This document shows, piece by piece, positions 52,709 through 64,000 of a DNA stretch of 64,000 nucleotides (its first letter is position 1; each line of letters begins with the position of its first letter). The notes beneath the pieces are model-generated. The model was not told where the DNA came from, ran no database searches, and worked only from the letters and a program-made list of their open reading frames with translations. The position numbers and the translations under genes were made by a program. Source of the DNA: Octopus bimaculoides (Eukaryota); the NCBI RefSeq assembly GCF_001194135.2, contig NC_068996.1:34993035-35057034 (forward strand). Reading direction: 5' to 3'.

Positions 52709-53734
52709 ACTATAAACTACCAATCTGTTTGTCAAAAAAAAGATGTATAATCTCTCTCTGATAAAGGTTTAAGAAGACTGGAAACTAGTGAACTTGATTC
52801 CGGTTTCTGTCGCTAGAAGGCTAAAATTGTAGGTTTATTTAAAATTTGTATACCTTACGTGACATTTCAAACATTATAAATGTATATATTTACTATATTA
52901 AGTATTTGTGTAAAGTTTTGTCTCATTACCAACCCATCTCCTGACATCAAGACCACTTCTTTCCCAGCTGGTTGCCTCACCTCCTCTTTCCCTCTCTCTC
53001 TCTCTCTGCCATACATGTTCTATTCCATAATTTCTACCATATGTCTTATATTTTATTAAAATAAATAAATAAATAAATTAGCTACAGGAGTCAGGAATAG
53101 CAGAAAGGAGAAATGAATAAGGTGAAAAGAAAAAAGAGAAAGGAGAGAATGAAGGAGGAGAATGAAGGACAAAGACGCATGGAAATGTAAAAGAAGAAAG
53201 AATTTATTTAGATTATTTCCTCCATGACTGTGTTAGCCTCTGGATAGAATGAACCTCTACCACTACCACAACTTGGTGAGGAAGATTTTTTGGCTTTTAC
53301 ATATAAACATTAAGATTAAATTAAGAAAGTGAATTGTTGTTGTTGTTGATGGTGGTGGTGGCGACAGGAATGGATATGTACAAGGTAGAATGGAACCCAG
53401 CTGTAAGCCTTTGCAGAAATTATACATGTTCTTATCCTTCTCCTCCTTCCTGGTTGGTACTAGTTTGTTGCTGCTGGGAGGCAGGGTAATGGCAAATAGA
53501 TGTGATGATATGACGTTATATATTTATTTTAATAACTGATTCTTTCCAACTTCACACACACACACACACAGAGTTCTTGGATAAGTGCTGACTACTTGCT
53601 GGTTTCCTCCCATTATCTCCAAGAGTTTATCTAGAAAGAATTTTAATCAGTCAACTGGAAACTATAATCAAATTATAGATAACCCTGTGTGTGTATACAT
53701 AATTGTATGTCTGGGCATGTGTGCAGACAGGATT

Positions 53735-54570
<836 letters not shown>

Positions 54571-56593
54571 TGTGTCAGTATGATGAAAGACCCAATTACC
54601 ACAGAATAAATAGTGCAAGTTCGGCCTAAACCATTCATCAGTATAAAATGGTAAAATAAATATTTAATATAGATAAGGAAACCCGATTTGGAGTTTATTC
54701 TTCAATGGTTCCCACCATTTGAATAAAGCCACACTGGAATAACAGCATTTGCTAAGGTGAGCATAAACTAACCTGCAGTGATTATTTTCATTGACCTTGG
54801 AAGTATGTCAAAAACATTGGATTTGGGTGGGATCTGAACACAGAAATCAGAACATAAAGTGATAGTAACAAATACCATAAGGCATTTTACTGATTCCGCC
54901 ATTTACCTACAACATATAAAACAGCAAAATGGAACTGGGGGGGGGCTCTAGGTGGTTGCTTGATTTTCTAGAACTAGTAAACAAATCTTGCTAAAACTTC
55001 ACTGTAACATCTTAAAATGGTTAAATATTGGTTTGGGGTTCAGTCCCACTGCCTGGCACCTTCTACTATAGCCCCTAAAACCTTGTGGGTGAATTTGTTA
55101 GATGGGAACTGAATATGGAAATATCCAAATTTCGGATCTTGGATTTTACTTTGTCACTTGAACAACTACTTACACATTGTGGTACCATTTGACTCTAGTG
55201 TGGACTGAGACTACTACTACTATTATAATAACAGCAGCAGTAGCAGCAACTATGCATTATACAGCATCTCTAATTGCAGGGAGTATGGAAAAGAACTGAG
55301 CATCAGGAGGTGGGCCGAAACAGGTCATATGTAGGTTTGCCAAAACAAAATTATAACACCTACAGCAAGAGGTGCCCATCATTGTCACAGCTGTACAAAA
55401 TAATTTAAGGTCCAGTAGCAGAATTGAAAAGCAAAAGCCATATCCCTGCTGCTCATATTTTAATCCCTCCTCTTCCTCCTCACTATCACCACCGCCTCCT
55501 CTCCTGTATACATCTGTCAATAATTTTGACGGCTGTTCACTTTCACTTCATTATATACACATTAGCAAGAAGTTGGGTAGGGATACAGGCAGGGGTGGTT
55601 AATTAATACTGTTTAGTTGTTGTAGATTACCCGCAACATGTACACATCATTTTCTCTCCCACCCCACTGCATATGACTGGGATGTAGTAACATTACGCAC
55701 ATCTTACATACATTAACTCATTGTTCTTCTACATAACATAAAATAATAAATAATAAACAGGACTGCATTTTTTCCCCCCATAAGGCAGAAAATACAATAC
55801 AACATTACTCTACAGAGATGAAGAACCAACTTATACCACACACAAACAATCGTGCTTTATATATGTATACACACACGTAAGTGCAGGCTTGGCTGTTGGT
55901 GGGTTAAGCAGTATTCTCAACTATGTGGTTTCAGGTTCAGTTCCACAGAGTAACATCTTGGGCAAGTGTCTTTTGCTATAATTCTAAGCCTTAAGAAGGA
56001 TTTTGATAGACAAGAACTGGAAGTTTCCATCTAGCAGAGATGCTGTTTCCACCACTCCCACCATCACTATAATCACCGTCATCATCATTTAATAACTGCT
56101 TTCCATGCTATCATGGGTTGGATTCTTTGACAGGAGCTGGCAAGCCAGAAGACTGCATCAAAGTCAACTGTCTGCTTTGGCATGGTTTCTGCAGCCAGAT
56201 ACCCTTCCTAATGCCTACTGCTTTATGGAATGTACTGGGTGGTTTTTATGTGGCACCAGCACCAATGAGGCCACCAAGTAACTTGCCAGACAAGTCCCCA
56301 CCTCAACTGAGAGAGGGAGAAGTATTGAGGGAAGTGACTTTGTGCCAGGTGATGAGAAGTTAAAGTATGACAGAAGGACAGAAACAGGTATCTTGTAGAA
56401 GAGGAGATACATGGTGACTGGGGAAGTTGTGTCAAGGCATACTCTCAAGTAACAAAAGGATGTATATAAGGGAAGGGACACAGATGATTGGATAGGGTGA
56501 GTGGGCAGGTAAGTTCACGAAAGTGGGAGACAGAATAGGGAGGAATGCAGTGAGTGAAGACAGGTGGAGGGAGTGGATGTTGGGAAGACATAT

Positions 56594-56633
<40 letters not shown>

Positions 56634-59600
56634 NNNNNNNNNNNNNNNNNNNNNNNNNNNNNNNNNNNNNNNNNNNNNNNNNNNNNNNNNNNNNNNNNNN
56701 NNNNNNNNNNNNNNNNNNNNNNNNNNNNNNNNNNNNNNNNNNNNNNNNNNNNNNNNNNNNNNNNNNNNNNNNNNNNNNNNNNNNNNNNNNNNNNNNNNNN
56801 NNNNNNNNNNNNNNNNNNNNNNNNNNNNNNNNNNNNNNNTAGGGGAGGGGAATTGTGGAGGAGAGATTTTACAGGGACATTATGTGTCATGTGGGTGGGG
56901 TTGAGAGGCAGGGCAGAGGCATAAACGACTTGTCTTTTAGGGTATCACTTTTACTTAGCTGAATGTATCTCCTCAAACACAGCAAATCAACAACCAGCTT
57001 GCTCCTTCGTCATATCCTCTGTAAGAATCCACATCTGAAGGTCATACATGCACAAACATGTGTGTGTGTGGGGGGGGGGAGCATGTGCGAGTGTGTCTCT
57101 TTGTCATGACATCATGTGATAGTTGTAAGTAAATGTTAATGTCATACAAATAGTGGTCATCATTTTTAGTCTTCCATGAAAACATGTCTGGCCATGGGGA
57201 AATATTACCTTTGCTTGGAAATAAGTGAGAATTTTCAACAAGATGGGCTTGTACCCCAACAAATTCTTGCTGACCTATATGAACAAGGAAAAGTATTTGT
57301 TATGGTGACTATATGATATACATACATATATATATATATCATACATACACATGCATATATACATTCATACAGATATATATACATACATACAGATACAAAC
57401 ATACACACAGATATATACATATATACACAGATATATATACATCTAGGTTTGGTGATGTAAAAAGGAAAATAGACAAGTGTCACTGCACGAAACTCTTGGC
57501 CCTTGTGTCACTCTAACTTCTACTGTTTATTGATAAACACACATATCTACACTTACATATATGTATGTATTTATGTATGTACGTACATATCAACAAATAT
57601 ACATACATATACAGGCATACAAAGACATCACCAACTTATCTTATACCAAATCATACATAATAGTACTTCCAACCTTACTCTAGTGACACATAGATAACAG
57701 TGGTATATTATAAATCTACCAAATTAGATTATTTTAAGACATAGGAAACAGTAGGAACCAATCTCACTATAGACAATAGTAGGCACTACCAAAATAACAG
57801 AAACCTACGTTACACAAGTATATATTATGGTATTACCAAAATTCCCAAGACATAGATAACAACAGCACTACTAACCTTACTGAGACATAAATAACAGCAG
57901 AATATTATGATATTTATTCTAAGTTTAGATATTTCTTTCTTCACATAAGACCTTAAGCCCTTATGTAAAGTCTTGTTTTAAATTTAGAAATAGATGCTAC
58001 ACAAAAGACCAATGTAATATATGAAAGCTAAGAAACAACTGCAATCTGTTTTTGCAACAACAGCTACAGCCTGTATATAAGGAAGATAGCTAGATATATC
58101 AAGTACCAAAGATGGTTATTAATAGCTTTGGAGAGACAAGTATATAAACTATGAGAGAATTTATATTTATAAACTCTAATATATGAAAGCATTTTTAATC
58201 TGTTGCTACGAATTTGTGTCTTGTAGTTATACTCTAGTACCAATATTTTATTTATTATAGACTTTACCTCACCTTTCTTTTTTAATATTAAATAGAATTT
58301 GGTAAAAATAAATTTCAGAGCTGTACATATCTGGCAAGTGACCTAATCTAATGTCAAAATTTATTTTATCCCTTTAATACATACTAAATGATATATTTTG
58401 AGACCAACTTGTATGAAAGAATTCTTTGACACTTTTTTGAAATATTACAATATTATTCTATATTGTGGTTATTGCCAAGTTCTGATTGATCAGATCTGAG
58501 ACATTCCAACCATGACCCTCATGTTTTTTGTTTTTTTTTACCTAACAGTATGTATATATGGTCCATAAACAAGCAATAAAAAAAGCAAATAAAAAATGAA
58601 AAGAAAAAAAAAAAACCAACATGAGGATGAGGATATTAGTTTGATGCTCAGTGAAAGGAGAGAATTTTTAACATTTCGAGTAAAACTCGACGTCAGAAAG
58701 GAGAAAGGGAAAAGTCCAAAGAAGAAGGAAAATCACCAATGGCCCATGTGTGGTTACTGTCCTGTTCTTTAGTATGTTTTAGTCAAAACCATATCTTCTT
58801 TTACTTATTTCAGTTGTTGGACTGCAGACATGCTGGGGCACTGCCTTGAAGGGTTTTAATCAAACAAATCAGGTCCACTACTTATTTATTAAGTCAAGTG
58901 CTTATTCTATTGGTCTCTTTTTGCTGAAATCCTAAGTTACAGGAACATAGACATATCAACAGTGGTTGTCAGGTGGTGGTGGTGGTGGTGGTGGTGGTCA
59001 AAGAGAAACATATACACACATGGTAGGCTTCCACACTGTTTCTCTCTTCTGAAATTCCCTAACAAATCATTAGTCAGCCTGGAGGCTATAGTAGAACTTG
59101 CCTAAAGTGCTACACACTGGGACTGAAACTGAAACCAATTTAATTGCAAAGTGATCATCTTAACCACCATTCATAACTGTGCCGTGCTTATCTTTTTTTT
59201 TTTTTTCTGTAAGATAACAGTGTGTGATGTCAGGGAAGTTTGGCTGCTATTTCCAGCAAATTGTAAAGCTATACAGGGGCTCTGTTATAGTTTCTTTTCT
59301 CATACTTTGGTACTATTAGTTAGTTATATTTTGGTTCTAGATTATAATTTGATCTCAGTTTTTCAGAGATGTCTGAGAATAAATTAAATTGACTTAATGT
59401 TAAAAAAAAGATTAAAATGCTTCTATTTCAGAGAAGTTTATATTTCAGACAACCCAAAAGACAAATATGGTACTAAGAGTGTGGAAGATTATGAAACTGG
59501 TTCTTAGATACATCACACCTGCTATAATATCAAAGAAAGATAGGTGAATTAGGTAAGAAATTAATGTATTAATAACAAAATATCATTAGAAGTATGCAAA

Positions 59601-60848
59601 TGAAGAGATTAAAGGGTTTAACTTATCTCAGTGAAATATGCAAAATATGATAAACTGGCAGTAAATAGCAAGAATCTGCAACTATGGAGGAATCAGTTTT
59701 GATAGGTCTCTAGCAGATGGATTCTTCAAGATTATCGCCCCCATAGGGATTATCATGTTTTGGCCTTCAAATAGTGCCTTTTAAGTTTTCCAATTAAGAA
59801 TATGGTTATATATTCTACTGGCATTTATGGCACTATTCCAGTGAGTTTTATAAAATACTTAAGTTAATTCTGCTATAACTTTGGTAAAGTAACAAACACA
59901 TTCACTGAAAAGTCTATGGAATGCTTTGTGATTTGTAACTTTACTAAAGAACATTTTTTTAACACGATAAGATGTCTCCTGTTTTGATGTTGAAAACACT
60001 AAAATTGGTAAAACAATACTAAATGCTAAAAAAACTAACAACAAAAATAAAATTTCATTAAAAGAAACTAATGAACTATGTGAATCAACATAATTAAGTT
60101 ATCGAAAATATCAAAATGAATAAAGAATTGGCCAAAAATCCACTTAGAAATATTAGAAGAAAGTATTTAAAAAAGTCTACAGTTAGGTATTGGTGCATAA
60201 GTACATAACTGTAGCGATTAAATAAATTGGTATTGAAAAAAAAAAAAATTTTAATATTGTAAAGTGGGTTGTTGCTTTGTAAATGATTCCCCAAGTTTCA
60301 AGAATTTAAAGAGAATAAAGTTATAAATCAAACAAAAATATTTCATTTTGTATTTGGTTTGTAGCACCTGTGTTTATTATTGATATAATGATCCTCCCAT
60401 GATACAAGTAAAATAATTTCAATATCATATTAAACATTGTCTAGAATACCAAACTTTGGTAACCTGAATAGCCGCCCCCACTACAAAAAATCCTGAAGAA
60501 ATTCATGATGGATGGTGGTCCCTGCTGGTATAAACATGTTTAGTAAAGTTTACTTATTTTGTTAAATTTAGAAGTTGTTGTTCTTGTGGTGGTGGTGATT
60601 AATGAGCTTCTTGATGTTTTGTGTAAAGTCCTTTGCTAACACAAGTTTACCTCGACATGCACAAACATTATTAAATATATACATTCACTAAATCAAAAAT
60701 ATAGTGTCAGTTTATGGAACACACTGGAAGTTAAAATAAATTAAATTTTACAAATTTTCAAATTATTCTACAATGTTTCTACATATGGAAAAAGAAAGGA
60801 AAATCAGGTTTTAGCATAAAAACAATATTTTAGATACATGGAACATAC

Positions 60849-61014
60849 CTACAGAAGAAGTCTTTTTTGGTAAATAACTTCCAACTTTTAAAATTCTGTG
60901 CCCTAAGAGCAGTCTGTAGAGTTTGGTAGAAGCATTCAATAAGGAATAAGCCAACGAAGACATGGCATTGAAGAATAAAGTGGACATGGGTAGAATCCAA
61001 GATATTAAGGACAT
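60849..61014 (-). CDS. MTUS1/MTUS2-like: Candidate alternative first coding exon B (55 aa, phase 1)
   Basis: Encodes MSLISWILPMSTLFFNAMSSLAYSLLNASTKLYRLLLGHRILKVGSYLPKKTSSV followed by consensus donor TAG|GTATGT. Phase 1 fits exon 15595. Sequence is unique (non-repeat). The start codon is uncertain because the frame is open further upstream. Confidence 0.55.
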
Positions 61015-61814
61015 AAGTGGGCTCTTTTCTTCAAAGACACACACCATACACACAGACATGCACACACATGTATGTAAAGAGAGAATAATACAGAAAAGAA
61101 AAGATAAAAGGGAAAACAAAGAGGTTTGCTTTCTGTTTTTGGTAAAAAGAAATGTTGCAGAGAAGACAAAGAATATAGGAGTGAGGAGTTTGGAATTAGT
61201 TACAGCTATGAAAGATAAAGAATATTAGTTTGCATAGTTGTGAAATGAAAGAACCCGCACATGTCTTTGATTTCTGAACTATCCAAAGAAACAGAAAAGA
61301 AGAAGAAAGTACGTGTAGAAAGTAGATGTCACTTTTGGATTGTCAGGGCCAATGAAAGAAAGAAAGAAAGAAATCAACTTTTAAATGTTCTGGACTATAA
61401 GATGAAAATGAGAAGCACTAAATTTCAGGAAGTTAGGGAACTACCAGTAAAAGTGGTTACTGTTAGCTGCTCAAGTTTTTTGATAAACAAAATAGCCCTC
61501 ATAGATGGAACTTCCCCCTTCTCTTGTTTATGTGAACCTTACACTTTATATATATATATAAAGGAAAAAAAATCAAATATAAAATTCTTAACATCTATCA
61601 ATAAGATTTACTTTCTTCCTGCCCTGCTCCCCATCACCACCATGCAACACTTTGATTTAAAATTAGGAGGGGAAAAGAGAGAAGGGAAAAAGTGGGTTAT
61701 CTCTTTCAGAATGTCTGTCTGTAATAGAAGGAAGCCACATATCAACAATGTTACATGTAAACTGCCATCTACAAGCTGCTACCTTTAAAATTGTTGTTGT
61801 TGTTGTTGTTGTTA

Positions 61815-61845
<31 letters not shown>

Positions 61846-62266
61846 AATCATCATAACTTCTCTCTCTCTCTCCACAAACACCAAAAAAACTGGTAGATGG
61901 TATAGAAAATATGATAGAAGCTTTACATATGGCAACATCCAATTACAAAACTTCCTCTCGAAGTCAGTGGAAACCAGAAGAGATGACAGGTATAAGACAT
62001 CTTAAAGATTACGATGCTAGTTTGGAAGACAGCATTTAGGTAGTGGTAATGATAGATAGATAGACAGATAGATATAGATAGATAGATAAATAGATAAACA
62101 GAAAGAGAGGAGTGAGAAGTTAAAGAGCATGCAACAAATGTTTATAAATATATATTCTCCCTTTAAACTACAACAACTTAAGATTTTCATAAACTAATCT
62201 TCCAAAATCTTAAATAAATAAATATAAAATAACATAAAACTTAAATTCTTCTTATTATTATCATTA

Positions 62267-63514
62267 AAGCAGCAAGCCAGCAGAATCATTAGCATACCAG
62301 GCAAAATGTTTAGAGACATTTTGTCTATCTTTACATTCTGAGTTCACGTTCTGCTAAGGTCAACTTTGCCTGTCATTGTTTCAGGGTCAATAAAATAAAT
62401 ACCAGTTGAGTACTGGGTTCGATGAAATCCCACTTTCCTTTGAAATTGCTGGCCTTGTGTCTTGAAGTCATTATTATCATCATTCAATAGTCTTATTTTC
62501 ATCACGTGTTTTCACTGCACTTCTGAGCGCAGCTCTGTGTGCCTTAGGTATGTGCTGTGGTTTGCTGTGATGCTCTTATGGTTATTGTATTGAAAGTGTT
62601 TTACGTAGGATGTGTGCGGTGCCTAGTAGTGCTATTTTCTGTATAGTACATATATTTGTAAGTCCTGGTGTTTTTGTTATGTATTTGTCTGAATAGTTTT
62701 TTTTTATCATACCTAATGTGCCTATTATGATAGGAATTGCTTCTGTTTATTATTATTATTAAGATGATGAGATGACAGAATCATATGTTGGACAAAAATG
62801 TTTACAGCACTTCATCCAACTCTTTATTTTTCGAGTTCAAATGCTGCTGAGGTTGATTTTGTCTCTCTATCTTCCAGGGTTGATAAAGTAGGTGACTGTT
62901 GAGCACTGGGGGCAATGTAATCAACTAAACTGCTTCCTCTAAAGTTGCTGTCCTTGCGCAAAATAATAATAATGATAATAATAATAAATAATAATCCTTT
63001 CTACTTAAGGTACAAGGCCTGAAATTTTGGGGGAGGGGACTAGTTGACTACATTGACTACAATTCTTCACTGGTACTTAGTTTATCGACCCTGCAAGGAC
63101 ACAAAGTCGACCTTGGTGGAATTTGAACTCAGAATGGTAAGACGGATGAAATGCTGCTAAGCATTTTGCCAGTCATGCTAATGATTCTGCCAGCTTGACA
63201 CCTTAATAATAATAATAATAACAACATCAATGATTTCAAATTTTGCCCCAAGGGTAGCAGTTTTGTGAGAGGAGATGAGGCGATTATATAGACCTCAGTG
63301 TTCAACTGGTGCTTATTATATTGACCCTGAAAAGATGAAAAGCAAACTTGACCTCGGTGGAATTTGAACTCAGAACAGATGAAATGCCACTAAGCATTTT
63401 GCCTGGCATGCTAACAATTCTGCCAGTTCACTGCCTTAATAATAATAATAATAATCATCATCATCGTCGTTGTCGTTTAATGTCCGCTTTCCATGCTAGC
63501 ATGGGTTAATAATG

Positions 63515-63561
<47 letters not shown>

Positions 63562-63705
63562 CCTTTCTACTATAGGTACAAAGTCTGGAATTTCAGGGTG
63601 GGGGGTAGTCAGTTTTACTGGTACTTAATTTATCAACTCCAAAAGGATGTAAAGCAATGTTGGCCTCACCCAAAGTTTCAAATTTTCTGCCTTTAGTAGA
63701 AAGGA
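62267..63705. mobile_element. Cluster of five family M SINEs in mixed orientation
   Basis: Plus copies at ~62267-62465 and 62760-62963; minus copies at ~62996-63205, 63228-63438 and 63560-63705; separated by (AAT)n. Confidence 0.8.
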
Positions 63706-64000
63706 TTATTATTATGATGATCATTATTATAAAAATTTTACATGCTACTTTAGGTAGCAGAGGATTGTTGTCTTGAAGTTTGGTGACTAACATCCAGATT
63801 CTTTGTTAAATTAGAAGAAAATGAACAAGAGGGGGAGAGGAGAGCAGAGAGAGAGAGAGAGGAAGAAAAAGCTATGTGGTCAGTTGACCAGTTTAATGTA
63901 CCACCTACATCTCTCACCTCAATGGAAGCCACATAAAGTAACAAAGAAGTTTCTATCTAGTGACTTGACCTGCTCAGTGTAACAGCAAACACTCCCACAA

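Noticed and set aside
56432-56904. 92-152 aa ORFs
   Set aside because: Span a (GA)n tract and a 206-N gap.

Overview
AT-rich eukaryotic genomic DNA, dense in microsatellites and interspersed repeats. The SINE, LINE and MITE families look like those of an octopod cephalopod (Octopus sp.); this is pattern recognition, not a database match. The six-frame ORF track is almost entirely artefact from microsatellites, N gaps and decayed transposons. Manual splice-site reading recovers one minus-strand gene missed or only partly shown by the track. It has four phase-compatible internal exons (15595-15375, 8478-8397, 4387-4229, 181-126) that splice into an uninterrupted coiled-coil frame resembling the MTUS1/MTUS2 (ATIP/TIP150, CCDC69) family, and the gene continues beyond position 1. 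Two candidate alternative first coding exons (40231-40156 and 61014-60849) both end in phase-1 donors and fit the 15595 acceptor in frame. They give either a short basic N-terminus or a 55-aa acid-free N-terminus resembling a mitochondrial presequence, echoing the multi-promoter design of mammalian MTUS1. The introns contain mariner remnants (one a foldback derivative), hAT and piggyBac-type MITEs, a Helentron-like non-autonomous element, RTE, I-group and CR1/L2 LINE fragments, and many SINE copies. They also contain a near-perfect 94-nt hairpin and a decayed hammerhead-like motif. No rRNA, bona fide tRNA or CRISPR array was found. Repeat boundaries are approximate.
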